The translations under genes were made by a program, and so were the position numbers. The notes beneath the pieces are model-generated. The model made no database searches, was not told where the DNA came from, and saw only the letters and a program-made list of their open reading frames with translations. A DNA stretch of 64,000 nucleotides, taken from positions 248,001 through 312,000 of the forward strand of contig NW_013657665.1 of the NCBI RefSeq assembly GCF_000142905.1. Direction: 5' to 3'. The stretch is from Thecamonas trahens ATCC 50062. Taxonomy: Eukaryota > Protista > Apusomonadida. Shown piece by piece: positions 23,400 through 34,207 of this stretch. Each line of letters starts with the position of its first letter. Positions within the stretch are counted from its first letter, which is position 1.

Positions 23400-26300
23400 A
23401 TGAAGTTTGTCTTTCATTACCTGGGTGACCCCATGGACGGTGTGACCGGCGCCCGGTCAGCGTCCAAGAAAACGTTCAAGCACATGGAGTTGTCGACGCC
23501 GCTGAGCGAGCTGCTGCCCAAGGCTGCTGCTGCCTTTAAGATCCGCCTTCGTGCTGATCACTCGTTCTTTCTCATCCATCCCAAGCGGCTCGACTCGGTC
23601 CTGTCCATGCTCACCCTCGGCCGTTCTGCTGCTGCTGCTGCTGCCGCCGCCAAGAAGTCCAAGAAGAGCAAGTCCAAGCGTGGCAGGCACTCGATCCTGG
23701 TCGATGCTGACGATGACTGGACGTCGCCGCTGTCCAAAGTCGATGCTGCCCTCGGCGAGTGGCTCAACACTGAGCGAACGCTGCTTGAGTTGCGGTTCAA
23801 CCCCGACGCCCAGAACCACTTGCTCTTTACCCGCGTCACCTATCCACTCCGCGTCGTCCCCGCTCTCGGCGAGGAACCGCGGGTGGTCATTTCCAACTAC
23901 AACGATCTCGTGCAGGACCTCATTGTTCCCATTGCTGCCAAGTTTGGCGTCACCAACGCCATCTCGTACGGCCTCGTCAACACGGCGTCCATGCCGGCCG
24001 GCAACGCCGCCGGCCAGGCATCGGCTCCGCTGAGGTACCTCAACATGCTGTCAGACTTGCCTTCTCAAGGCGTACTCCCCACCGACGTTCTGCTCTTCAG
24101 TAAGCGGCTGGTGACCAACGACGATCACGCTATTCTCGACGGCGCTCTGGCCTCCTCCACACCAGAAACCGATCTTGACAGCGTCTTTGCAGAGATCCGT
24201 GACGCTATTCTCACGGATTCATACCCGGTCCGCATCGAGGAGGCGCTCCAGCTCGGTGCCGTCCTTCTCCAGGAGAAGTTCTCCAACCCGCCGGACGATG
24301 CTACCGCCCACCGCGCCACCATCGAAGGCGCACTTGCAGAGGTCCTCCCTGCCCGCCACTGGAAGGTCGACAACGTCATCGCCAAGCTCGCTGATGCTCA
24401 CGTTGCGCTCAACTCCAAGCCTGGAACCGGCGACATGATTCCGCTCTCGGCGCGAAAGTACTTTATCCGCCTCGCCAAGCGGCTCAAGACCTTTGGCTGC
24501 ACCAAGTTTGACGTCATGGAGACCCGCTCGTCCGGAGCAAAGACTCCGGCGGTCCTTGCCATTACCCGTGACCGCATCCTCCGCATTCATCCCAAGACCA
24601 ACGCCATTGTCACTCGCTTCAAGCTCACGCAGCTCGCCAAGTGGTCGTCCAAGCGCAATACCGTTACACTCGACTTTGGCAAGCATGCCTCGCGCCCGTA
24701 CGTCATTGACTCACCGGTTCCTGAGCAGATCGTCCAGCTCATCTCGGGCTACGTTGAGCTGCGCATGCAGCAGGACCTCTCGTTTGACCCACACAAGGCC
24801 CCGCCGGCGTCGCCTGACATCGGGCCGGGGGGGCCACCGCGTCCGTCCGATGCCGCCGACCTCGATGCCCGCGCTGATGCCGCCGTTGCCAAGACTGATG
24901 CTGCCGCCACCAAGCCCGACGCTGCCGCCACCAAGGCTGCCGAGGTCGCCGCCCTGGCCATGGCTGCCGAAGATGGTGCCGGCCCATCTGGCCCGGCCGG
25001 CTTGTCCGGCCCTCCTGCGGACGATGGGGACTCACCACCACCGTACGAGTTTGCAGACTCGTCGCCGGTCCTTCACAACGCAGACCTTGCGTCGCAGGCC
25101 GGCCCACAGGCCATCACTCTAGAGGATCCCAAACGCGTTGACGCTGCTGCTGTCACAGCTGGCATAGCTACAGTTCACGACGCTGCGGCCTCGCCACCCA
25201 AGTTTGGCACTGAGCCCGTGGTCAAGCTCCTCGGCCTTGCGCCGCTGGCATCGGCCGCAGACGGCGACCCCAGCCTCCCTGTTGCGCACCTCCAGCAGGC
25301 GCTTGCCGCCTTTGTGGCTGGCGTCTGCAAGTGTCTCTCCATGGCCACTGCAACGCCTCTCGACGCCGCCAAGGTCCACAAGCACCTTGCTTTTGTCTCG
25401 TCGCTTCCACCTGTCATCGCTTCAGCCTTTCTCGCCCTCGCCGACACGCCCACCGCATCCAACATCGACCCGCCGCTGGCATCGACCGAGACCTTTCTTG
25501 CCCTCTACACCAAGGTCTACGCCCATCTCGACGCGCTCCTCGAGTCGGCACAGGCGCTGACCGGGGTCGAGTCCGAGGACAAGCCGCGCCAGGCCGCAAT
25601 GGCTGACGAGGCCAGCCTTCTTGGCGAGACCATGACCACGATGACAGCGGCCATCGGCGTCCACGGTGTGGCGACGTCGCGCATCACCGAGATATCCGCG
25701 CTCGCCCACCGTGCCGCCGAGGTGAGCACCGAGCTGGTGGCCGCGGCCAAGCAGGTGGCGCCGTCGATCCAGGCCGACCCACAAGCGCTGGCCGGTCTTG
25801 TGGCAGCCGCCAAGGCCATGTCACTCGCGAACACACTCCTTTTGCCTACCGCCCTTCTCACCGCCCCGCTCGTCCACCGACCAGACTCGTTCCGGCTCCT
25901 CGCCAGCGCCGCTGGCCAGGTTACCAACGCTGCCTCACGGCTTGCTCACCGCTACCCCGAGCTCGCCGCGCCGTCGCTCTCAGTCAACACGGCGGTGACG
26001 TACGTGCTTGCGACGGCAAACCCGAACTCGGTTGCCGCCGCCATGGTCTCGGTCTCCAAGGCGCTCCAGGAGCTGACCGAGTTTACCGGTGACGGCGGCG
26101 TTCCGCCAGAGCTGCCGGCCTCGGCGCCCGAGACTCCGCCGAGCCGGCTCACACTCCTTCCGCTGGCGCTCAAGAATGAGTTTGGCAACTCGGACGCCGC
26201 GCTGCCACCGGGCGCCACTGCCGATTTTATCACCACCTCGCTCGCGGCTGCCACCATGTACACCAAGATCATCAATGTCATTCCCAGCGTGACGGGTGCG

Positions 26301-29300
26301 CTCGTCTCTGGCGCAACCGACATCTCGCTCGGGCTGGCCAAGATCGGCCGTGCCCTGCTTGAGATGGAGCGCCAGACGGTGTTTGGTGCCTCTGGCGCGG
26401 CTGCTACCCTGATGGCTCTTGCCAAGCCGGGCACCCACGCCGGCGCGCTCGGTGCGTGCTACATCAAGCTGGTCCACACTCCACTGGAGCGTGCCCGTGC
26501 CTTCCTTCTGGCCGCCTCAACCATGATCAAGGCCGCCCAGCGACTGCCGTACGTCGCCGGCACCCCTGAAGCCGCCGCGCTGGTCTCCTCGCTCCAAGAC
26601 CAGTCGGCCCAGCTGGTCCAGCTCTCGGAAGCCGGCCTTGCCACACTCACCTCGCTCCTGGACGCCTCGACCGAGGCCGGGCCTGAGATCCGCAGCTCTC
26701 TTTCGGCCACTCTCTCACATCTGGAGCAGTGCTCGGTGACTCTCAAGCTGGCGTCGACCGATCTTGCGACGGCGACAAGTGCTGTCCGCGACGCTGCAAC
26801 CACCGCGGGCGACGGCGTCGCTGCCGAGACCGCGGCGCTAGGACCGGTCATCTCACACCTTCCGACTGTGATGGAGCTCGCGCCGTCGGCAGCGCCGATT
26901 CTGCTCTTCCGGGTTGCCGATGCTGTCAGCGCGCTCAGCGACCACGGGGCAATGCTTGCTCGCACTGCCGTCGGCCAGGCACACGACCCTTCGCTGGCGC
27001 TGCTGGATGAGGCCAAGAGCCTAACCTCACACGTCGAAGCCGTCGCCGACCTTGTGCTCGGCTACCTCGGTGAGTCTGCTGCCCACCCGTCAGTCGGTCT
27101 CAAGTTTGACTCGCGCGAGCTGTGGAGGAAGGTCAAGCTCATTGCGGGCTCGACCAACAAGATCGGCGGGCACGTCAAGGCTATTCTTGCCCTCCTGCCC
27201 CCGGGCGACGACACGGAACAGCCGGCGCTTTCGGAAGCCGTCGCTCGCCTGGCCATTCAGCTCGAGCTGCTTGACGGCGCGGTCGGCGTGCTCAGCTCGG
27301 GCTGCACCGACGATGCCGAGCTCGAGCCGTTCCTGGACTTGGCACCCGAGCGCGAGATGGGCGTGGCGTCCAAGTCGTTTACCGCCCTCCGCAAGGAGGC
27401 CATGCCTGCGGTCGCACGCGACCTGGCCTCGCTCTCGGTCTCGCTCTCGCAGAACGTCAAGGCAATGGCCAAGTCGCGGTCGGGCCTGGATGTCGAGGCT
27501 GATGTCCTCAACATTGCCTCTGAGCTGCTGTCGGCTGTCCTCGGTGCATCTGCGATTGTTGCCGGCGTCATGACCAAGCTTAGCGAAGACTCAGCGCTCA
27601 TGGCCGCCGAGCTCACTGACGCAGTCACAAGTCTTGCGCACGATGTCGGCACTGTGATTCGAGAAGTCCTCGCCGCAGTCCGCGACGCGCCGGCTGACAG
27701 TTCGAGCCCGTTCTCAGCAACTGTTGCTTCCAACATTGTCTCGACGACCAAGGGCATATCTTCTGGCATTTCGAGCTACATTGACGCCGTCAAGGCTGTG
27801 ACCAAGGCAGCAGCCGAGGCCGAGGCAGCAGCAACAGCTGAGGTTGAGGCTGAGGCTGAGGCTGAGGCAGCAGCAACAGCTGAGGCAGTGGCCGAGGCAG
27901 CAGCAGCAGCGGCGGCAGTTGAGGTTGAGGCAGTAGCAGCGGCGGCAGCTGAGGCTGAGGCTGAGGCAGTAGCAGCGGCGGCAGCTGAGGCTGAGGCTGA
28001 GGCTGAGGCTGAGGCAGCAGCAGCGGCGGCGGCTGAGGCTGAGGCAGTAGCAGCGGCGGCGGCGGCGGCTGAGGCCGAGGCTGAGGCAGCAGCGGCGGCC
28101 GAGGCAGCAGCGGCGGCCGAGGCAGCTGCCATCGAGCCGGTTGACAAGCTCAAAGCACTCGTGGCTGAGCGGCTGGCTGCAGTAGCGAACAACACGCTGG
28201 TGCAGGTGAGCAAGTCTGAGGACACGTTTACCATTGCCGGGGCTGCTGACGCGCTCTCAGGACTCTCGGGCTCGGGAACGGTGGCGGCGGGTGAGGCGCT
28301 GGGACTGAAGCTCGCGGATCTGGCGACGATGCTTGTGGATCCGATTGCGCAGCACGATTTGCTGGACGCCGCCAGCTCGCTGGCGGAGGCGTTGCACTCG
28401 CTTGCGGCTGCCGACGAGACGACACGGGCTATGGCGCTTGTCCGGACGCTGTGGTGTGGCATCGTGGGCTTGCTCCGTGCTGTCCAGCTGGAGCTGGCGC
28501 AGGAGAGCTCGCATGGGGCAGCTGAGGCGAAACCGCTGACTCTGACAGCACTGCTGCAGATCCGCGAGATGAGCCGAGCAGTGGTGAGCGCGGTGCCGAC
28601 GCTAGCGCAGACGGTCGAGTTTTCTGACGAGCTCCACGCGGCTATCGATGTTGTGCGTAAGTTTGCGCTCGCGCTCGCGACCGAGCTAGCGGCTCCAACG
28701 TCGAATGCCGCGCCGCGGCCGGAGTGGATGTCGGCGTCGGCCGCCAAGGGCGAGCGCAAGGCTGCGCACCGGGCCATCTTTGCGCTCGAAGAGCTCGTCA
28801 GCGCCGCCGCCGATGGCGAAGAGGTGGATGAGCAGATGCAGAGCGTGCTCGCCGCGCTAGGCAAGTTCTCGAAGAAGACTGACAAGCTGATCATAGCTGC
28901 CGAGGACTTTGAAGACTCAACGTCGTCGTCCGACACCGACTCGACTGATGAAGAAGAGCTGCAGCACGAGCTCGATGAGGCAGCAGAACTTGTCGAGGCC
29001 GCGCTGCACGTCGCCGAGGAGGGCCGGGCAAGGTCGGCCGACGCGCACCTGGTCGACGAGTCGCTCGACGTTGGCGCCGCCGCCAAGCGTCTGGTCACCC
29101 ACGCGGCAGAGATGCAGAAGGAGCTCGAGGACGCCGAGGCTGCGCGGCCTTCGGTCTTCGCCTACCACAGCGGTTCGGCCTGGAACCGTGGCCTGGTCTC
29201 GGCAGCTCACGAGGTGGCGTCTGCGGTCTCTGACCTCTGCTCTGCCGCTGTTGCCGCCGAGGCTCCGGCCTCTGCCCGAGTTCTCGCTCTCGCCAAGCAG

Positions 29301-29618
29301 GTCTCGGCTGGCTCTGCACACGTCCTTCATGCTGCCAACACCAAGGCCGCCCCGGAATCCAAAGCAATTGGCAAGCTCAAGAAGGCATGCAAGGAGCTGA
29401 AGGCCGCACTGGCTGCCATCACCCAGTTGGCTCACAGCGAGCGGGCCGTGGCAGCCGCGGCGTCGAGCCCCTCCAACACCATCGGCCCAGGCACCTTTAC
29501 CCGCACCACATCACAGGCCCGCCTCATCGAGCAGCGGCAGGCCGTACTCGAGATGGAGCAGAAGCTCGAGCAGGAGCGTCGTCGTCTTGCCGAGCTCCAC
29601 AAAGAGCAGTACAACTAA
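23400..29618 (+). CDS. TLN: Talin-like protein (FERM, helical rod, I/LWEQ actin-binding and dimerisation helix)
   Basis: FERM: FIRLAKRLKTFGCTKFDV, LAITRDRILRIH, VTLDFG, IVQLISGYV. I/LWEQ: WNRGLVSAAHEVA, AKQVSAGSAHVL, QAVLEMEQKLEQERRRLAELHKEQY. ATG at 23400. Confidence 0.88.
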   Translation: MKFVFHYLGDPMDGVTGARSASKKTFKHMELSTPLSELLPKAAAAFKIRLRADHSFFLIHPKRLDSVLSMLTLGRSAAAAAAAAKKSKKSKSKRGRHSILVDADDDWTSPLSKVDAALGEWLNTERTLLELRFNPDAQNHLLFTRVTYPLRVVPALGEEPRVVISNYNDLVQDLIVPIAAKFGVTNAISYGLVNTASMPAGNAAGQASAPLRYLNMLSDLPSQGVLPTDVLLFSKRLVTNDDHAILDGALASSTPETDLDSVFAEIRDAILTDSYPVRIEEALQLGAVLLQEKFSNPPDDATAHRATIEGALAEVLPARHWKVDNVIAKLADAHVALNSKPGTGDMIPLSARKYFIRLAKRLKTFGCTKFDVMETRSSGAKTPAVLAITRDRILRIHPKTNAIVTRFKLTQLAKWSSKRNTVTLDFGKHASRPYVIDSPVPEQIVQLISGYVELRMQQDLSFDPHKAPPASPDIGPGGPPRPSDAADLDARADAAVAKTDAAATKPDAAATKAAEVAALAMAAEDGAGPSGPAGLSGPPADDGDSPPPYEFADSSPVLHNADLASQAGPQAITLEDPKRVDAAAVTAGIATVHDAAASPPKFGTEPVVKLLGLAPLASAADGDPSLPVAHLQQALAAFVAGVCKCLSMATATPLDAAKVHKHLAFVSSLPPVIASAFLALADTPTASNIDPPLASTETFLALYTKVYAHLDALLESAQALTGVESEDKPRQAAMADEASLLGETMTTMTAAIGVHGVATSRITEISALAHRAAEVSTELVAAAKQVAPSIQADPQALAGLVAAAKAMSLANTLLLPTALLTAPLVHRPDSFRLLASAAGQVTNAASRLAHRYPELAAPSLSVNTAVTYVLATANPNSVAAAMVSVSKALQELTEFTGDGGVPPELPASAPETPPSRLTLLPLALKNEFGNSDAALPPGATADFITTSLAAATMYTKIINVIPSVTGALVSGATDISLGLAKIGRALLEMERQTVFGASGAAATLMALAKPGTHAGALGACYIKLVHTPLERARAFLLAASTMIKAAQRLPYVAGTPEAAALVSSLQDQSAQLVQLSEAGLATLTSLLDASTEAGPEIRSSLSATLSHLEQCSVTLKLASTDLATATSAVRDAATTAGDGVAAETAALGPVISHLPTVMELAPSAAPILLFRVADAVSALSDHGAMLARTAVGQAHDPSLALLDEAKSLTSHVEAVADLVLGYLGESAAHPSVGLKFDSRELWRKVKLIAGSTNKIGGHVKAILALLPPGDDTEQPALSEAVARLAIQLELLDGAVGVLSSGCTDDAELEPFLDLAPEREMGVASKSFTALRKEAMPAVARDLASLSVSLSQNVKAMAKSRSGLDVEADVLNIASELLSAVLGASAIVAGVMTKLSEDSALMAAELTDAVTSLAHDVGTVIREVLAAVRDAPADSSSPFSATVASNIVSTTKGISSGISSYIDAVKAVTKAAAEAEAAATAEVEAEAEAEAAATAEAVAEAAAAAAAVEVEAVAAAAAEAEAEAVAAAAAEAEAEAEAEAAAAAAAEAEAVAAAAAAAEAEAEAAAAAEAAAAAEAAAIEPVDKLKALVAERLAAVANNTLVQVSKSEDTFTIAGAADALSGLSGSGTVAAGEALGLKLADLATMLVDPIAQHDLLDAASSLAEALHSLAAADETTRAMALVRTLWCGIVGLLRAVQLELAQESSHGAAEAKPLTLTALLQIREMSRAVVSAVPTLAQTVEFSDELHAAIDVVRKFALALATELAAPTSNAAPRPEWMSASAAKGERKAAHRAIFALEELVSAAADGEEVDEQMQSVLAALGKFSKKTDKLIIAAEDFEDSTSSSDTDSTDEEELQHELDEAAELVEAALHVAEEGRARSADAHLVDESLDVGAAAKRLVTHAAEMQKELEDAEAARPSVFAYHSGSAWNRGLVSAAHEVASAVSDLCSAAVAAEAPASARVLALAKQVSAGSAHVLHAANTKAAPESKAIGKLKKACKELKAALAAITQLAHSERAVAAAASSPSNTIGPGTFTRTTSQARLIEQRQAVLEMEQKLEQERRRLAELHKEQYN
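27806..28130 (+). repeat. GAGGCT/GCA repeat encoding a Glu-Ala tract inside the talin rod
   Basis: About 105 aa of almost only A, E and V. Confidence 0.9.
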
Positions 29619-29657
29619 TCAACCTCCCCTCCCCCCCCCCCCCCCCCCCCCCCAACC

Positions 29658-32135
29658 ATGGGCAGGAGCAAGCCAATTGCCGACCGGGCTCTCGTGCCGC
29701 GGCTGCGTAAGTGGGTGGAGATGCTCGGGACGCCCCGGCCGGCCTACCTCGACCCGGCTGCGGCGTCCGACTACCTCCAGGCCACCTTCCCTCGCGACTA
29801 TGCCCGGGTCCAACGCGGACCGCTTCGTGCTCTGGTCATCCGGGGACTCGATGTCGTTGCACGTGCGCTGGATGAACCTGTTCCCATGCCTACCGATCCG
29901 CCCGCTCCCGATCCGTCATCGCCTCCGCCGGCTGCTACTCCGCCGCCAGTCACTGGCCTCAACGGCTCCATGGCCTCGCTCTACCGTGCTGGCTCGGCTT
30001 CGGCACCGGCATCGCCAGCTCCGTCCGCGGCTTCACTCGCATCTGGGCCGGCAAGTGGCGAGTCCAACTTGTCTGCTCCGGCACAGCCGTCGCGTAAGCG
30101 TAAGCGTCGCAAGAAGAGCGCCGCGCCCGAGGACGAGGCCGGTGAGAGCGGCGAGAAGCGGGCCCGTGGTCTGCCTGGCGGTGCTGGCGATGGCTCGCCG
30201 GCCTCGTTCTTGGTCGAGCCATCGGCTACGTTTGCTGATGTAGGCGGCCTCGATTCGGCAGTGGTCGAGCTGAGGCTGGCATTGGCGACGGCTATCCGGC
30301 ACCCAGAAGTGTACGCGGCGCTGGGAACCGGCCCGACCCGTGGCATCCTGCTGCACGGCCCGCCGGGCTCGGGTAAGACGCTGCTGGCCAACTCGCTGGC
30401 GGCCGAGCTGGGCGTCCCGTTTCTGCGCATTTCTGCGCCGGAGATTGTGACCTCGTTCTCGGGTGACTCGGAGGCCAAGCTGCGGCAGTTGTTTGACGCG
30501 GCGGTGCTCAACGCGCCGTCGATTGTGTTTATGGACGAGATCGACGCCATCGCGCCTGCGCGGGCGTCTACATCGCGTGACATGGAGCGCCGGATTGTGG
30601 CTCAGCTGCTGACGAGCATGGATGACCTTTCACTGGAGCGGACCGGCGGTAAGCCGGTTGTGGTCATTGCAGCGACCAACCGGCCACACGCCATCGATCC
30701 GGCGCTGCGGCGCGGCGGCCGGTTCGATCGCGAAATCGCGCTTGGCATCCCGACCGAGGCTGCACGGCTCTCCATCATCGGTGTCCTCACCCGCAAGCTC
30801 ACCCTTGCACCGGACGTCGACTTTCCGGCGCTTGCGCGGCAGACGCCGGGCTACGTCGGCGCCGACCTGGCCACTCTCTGCAAGGAGGCGGCCTCCCTCG
30901 CCATCAATCGCGCCTTTGAAGAGCTGTTTCTCTCGGCGTCGGGAGGAGCGGCAGGTAACTTGAGTGGGGTGGCGCCGATGGACACGGCCGCGCCGATGGA
31001 GACCGAGGCGGCGCCGTCAAGCGAAGCCACAAGCTCGGGCGCCAAGACCGTTGTTGTGGTTGACACCAAGGCGCGTGCCCGCGAGGAGCGGATGGCCAAG
31101 AACAAGGCGCTGGTTGAAGCACTTGAGGCCCGCGTCGAGCCGTTGAGCGAGGACGAGCTCTCGAGCCTCGCCATCACCATGACTGACTTTGAGGAGGCAC
31201 TCAAGGTGGTCCAGCCGTCGGCGAAGCGCGAAGGCTTTGCCACGGTGCCCGACGTATCGTGGGACGACGTTGGGGCGCTGGACAATGTACGCGAGCAGCT
31301 CAACGATGCCATTGTCAACCCCATCCGCTATCCGCAGCTGCACGAGCAAATGGGCCTCTCGCATCCGGCCGGCGTCCTGCTCTACGGCCCGCCCGGATGC
31401 GGCAAGACGCTGCTGGCAAAGGCCATCGCGTCGTCATCCAATGCCTCGTTCATTTCGATCAAGGGCCCCGAGCTGCTCAACAAGTACGTGGGTGAATCGG
31501 AGCGCGCAGTGCGGCAGGTCTTCCAGCGCGGTCGCGCTTCGGCGCCATGTGTCATCTTCTTTGACGAGCTCGACGCGCTCTGCCCGCGCCGCGATGGCCA
31601 GTCGAACCAGTCGGGCCAGCGGCTGGTCAACCAGCTCTTGACCGAGATGGACGGCACGTCGGCGCGCGGGCAAGTGTACATCATCGGCGCGACGAACCGG
31701 CCTGACATCATCGATGCCGCCATCATGCGTCCGGGTCGCCTTGAGAAGCTCGTCTACGTCCCGCTTCCCGAGCCCAACGACCGCGTCGCCATTCTCGAGA
31801 CGCTGGCCCGCAAGACGCCGCTCGAGCCTGACGCCGTCGACTTGCGCGCCATCGCCCTCGACTCGCGGTGCGATGGATTCTCCGGTGCAGACCTCGCCGC
31901 GCTTGTCCGCCAAGCCGCCACCTTTGCTCTTCGCGAGTGCTTCCAGCGCATGGACGCCGCTGCCAAGTCCAAGCTCGATCAGCCGAGCGACGCCCATGAG
32001 GTCGTCCAGGTCGGCACCCGCCACTTTGAGGCTGCCTTTGAGCATGTTCTCCCGTCAGTCTCAGAGGACGTCGCCTCCATGTACGACACGATGACGCTGC
32101 GGACGTCGCGTCCTAAGGCTCAGCCGCGGCAGTGA
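29658..32135 (+). CDS. NVL: Nuclear VCP-like AAA+ ATPase (NVL/Rix7), 60S biogenesis
   Basis: Two AAA modules (GPPGSGKT/FMDEID and GPPGCGKT/FFDELD), VQPSAKREGFATVPDVSWDDVGAL, DMERRIVAQLLT, NLS RKRKRRKK. Confidence 0.93.
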   Translation: MGRSKPIADRALVPRLRKWVEMLGTPRPAYLDPAAASDYLQATFPRDYARVQRGPLRALVIRGLDVVARALDEPVPMPTDPPAPDPSSPPPAATPPPVTGLNGSMASLYRAGSASAPASPAPSAASLASGPASGESNLSAPAQPSRKRKRRKKSAAPEDEAGESGEKRARGLPGGAGDGSPASFLVEPSATFADVGGLDSAVVELRLALATAIRHPEVYAALGTGPTRGILLHGPPGSGKTLLANSLAAELGVPFLRISAPEIVTSFSGDSEAKLRQLFDAAVLNAPSIVFMDEIDAIAPARASTSRDMERRIVAQLLTSMDDLSLERTGGKPVVVIAATNRPHAIDPALRRGGRFDREIALGIPTEAARLSIIGVLTRKLTLAPDVDFPALARQTPGYVGADLATLCKEAASLAINRAFEELFLSASGGAAGNLSGVAPMDTAAPMETEAAPSSEATSSGAKTVVVVDTKARAREERMAKNKALVEALEARVEPLSEDELSSLAITMTDFEEALKVVQPSAKREGFATVPDVSWDDVGALDNVREQLNDAIVNPIRYPQLHEQMGLSHPAGVLLYGPPGCGKTLLAKAIASSSNASFISIKGPELLNKYVGESERAVRQVFQRGRASAPCVIFFDELDALCPRRDGQSNQSGQRLVNQLLTEMDGTSARGQVYIIGATNRPDIIDAAIMRPGRLEKLVYVPLPEPNDRVAILETLARKTPLEPDAVDLRAIALDSRCDGFSGADLAALVRQAATFALRECFQRMDAAAKSKLDQPSDAHEVVQVGTRHFEAAFEHVLPSVSEDVASMYDTMTLRTSRPKAQPRQ

Positions 32136-32164
32136 CGGAGGTCAGCGATGTATAACACACATGC

Positions 32165-33718
32165 TCAATCCTCGACTCTCATCATCGGCACTCCGAGCGC
32201 CCACTTGGGCGCGGGTCCTGGATACACTACCTGGACAGGCGTGATGCCCGGCTGGTACGGGCGCGGGTCTGACCGCGAGCCGGGCTCTGTTCGGCTCTCG
32301 CTGCCGGTCCGGCTCCGTTCCGATCCAATCACCTCGTAGTCAAGGTCACCGACGCGGAAGAGGTAGGCCATGTAGCCCAGAACGCCCACGGTGACAGCCT
32401 CGTCCAGAGCGACAATCTCAAAGAGCGAGGGCCGGAGGATGGCAGAGGTCATGAGGACCAGCAGCTGACCAAAGGCGAGAATCGTGACCTTGGCATTGAA
32501 CTCGCGAATCATGGCGTACTTGGCCTGGAGCGGCGCAACCCAGGCGGCGATGGCTTGCTCAGCATTCTCGTGATGCGCAAAGAGCGCTTGTCCCTCAAAC
32601 AGCGCACTGGATAGCGCCACCGCGGTCTCACGGACGGTGGCAAACGAGAGCCGCGCGATGGTTACGTACGCAATGACTTTGACCACTGTAAACGACGCAC
32701 CGAGCATGTTCGCCACAATAAGGCCGAACCAGGCAAAGCCCGTGACAGCGAGAACAACAAGCGCGCGCTGCAGCGGGAGCTGGAGCATCAGGATCGACCA
32801 GCCCTGTGAAGCGAGGCCAAGCACAAAGCAGAGGCCAGTGTAAAAGATGACCGCGCTCGCAAAGGCCGCCACAGAGTAGCCTAGCGGCGGCCGCTCGCCG
32901 GCATTTTCGTACCGAGTCCAGTACACAGTGTACGCCAGAAGCGAGACAATCTTGAGCAGACCGAGTGTTGCCACCATTCCCACCATCCATGGCAGCGCCA
33001 GACACACCCGCCACCAGCTGGGCGGGCCACTGGCGCGTGCGCGGATGGCAGCAATTCGCCGGACAGTGGCCCCAAGCCATGCCCCATACCCAATCGTCCA
33101 CACCAGCAGAAAACCGCTGTACACCATCGGCAGCGGCCACGTCTCGGTGTCGAGCTCGCGACCGCCCGGGTTGACTGCGCGAGTCCGAGTGTTGATCCAA
33201 GACGCCACCGCGTCATTGGCGGCGCGGTCCGCCACGTCGCCATCAGCATCGCCATCGGGGCACTCGACCAACGCCAGCACGCCTTCTCCGGTGAACGAAA
33301 CATCCCATGCAGCGTGACCGGCCGGGGGTACGGCCCACGCCGCGGCAGCGAGTCCGTCTAGAGCCGAGGCATCGACGGCGGTAGCCGGCGGGAGCGGAGC
33401 GATGGTGGACATGTTGTGGGCAGCTTCGAGAGCGTCGCAGAGGGTGGCGGGGCGGACGCGCGCCCACTGATGCGCATCAAAGAGAGCAACCATGAGAGGC
33501 CGCGGCATTTGCGTCGCCTGCACATCGGTAGTGTACCTGACCTCGGCGAGTCCACCGCGCGCAAAGCCGTACGTCAGCAGCCTGAGGACCGGGTTCTCCA
33601 GCGGAAGCGCCACGTTTGCCGATACGCCCACCGCCACCACCGGGCGCGCAGAGAGCACAGCCACCACCAGTGCCACCACCAGTACCACCACCACACCCAT
33701 TGAGCAAGGCCGAGGCAT
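32165..33718 (-). CDS. GOST-type (GPR107/TMEM87/GPR180-like) protein: lumenal domain plus 7TM
   Basis: Signal peptide, YGFARGG lumenal motif, AVNPGGRELDTETWPLPMVY preceding TM1, about 7 hydrophobic segments, LASQGWSI. Confidence 0.6.
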   Translation of the reverse strand: MPRPCSMGVVVVLVVALVVAVLSARPVVAVGVSANVALPLENPVLRLLTYGFARGGLAEVRYTTDVQATQMPRPLMVALFDAHQWARVRPATLCDALEAAHNMSTIAPLPPATAVDASALDGLAAAAWAVPPAGHAAWDVSFTGEGVLALVECPDGDADGDVADRAANDAVASWINTRTRAVNPGGRELDTETWPLPMVYSGFLLVWTIGYGAWLGATVRRIAAIRARASGPPSWWRVCLALPWMVGMVATLGLLKIVSLLAYTVYWTRYENAGERPPLGYSVAAFASAVIFYTGLCFVLGLASQGWSILMLQLPLQRALVVLAVTGFAWFGLIVANMLGASFTVVKVIAYVTIARLSFATVRETAVALSSALFEGQALFAHHENAEQAIAAWVAPLQAKYAMIREFNAKVTILAFGQLLVLMTSAILRPSLFEIVALDEAVTVGVLGYMAYLFRVGDLDYEVIGSERSRTGSESRTEPGSRSDPRPYQPGITPVQVVYPGPAPKWALGVPMMRVED

Positions 33719-34207
33719 ACCAGAGGGAGGGGAGGGAAAGTGAGTGAGTGAGCGAGAGAGAGAGAGAGAGTGTGTGTGTGGCGTCGACAAGACAGGTCAA
33801 GGTCAGGCCTGTGTCTGATCAAGGGGCGATCGATCAGGCGAGTGTTCGACCCCGAGCCGCGGAGCTGCGTCCAGTCCAATGGCCGCGCCTCGCGATCGGC
33901 CGATGGTGATGATGATAGTTGGCAAGACATGATCAGGCGTAGCCATGGGTAAGCGATCGATTATGCTAGTGCACGACTCCAGCGGCCTTGCCATCATCAT
34001 CGTGGTCACCAGCCGCCAAGGCAGTCTGGTACCAGTACATGGAGACTGCAAGAAGATGCGATAGGCAAGGGTAGTAGATGAGGTGATGCCATGATGCCGT
34101 GAGTAAACGATTCCCCAGTGTGCAAACAGTGAACGGAACGGCTTACTGTGACTAACTAACTGATTCTAATGACTGACTAAATGACTAACAGCTGATGCGT
34201 ATCGTCA

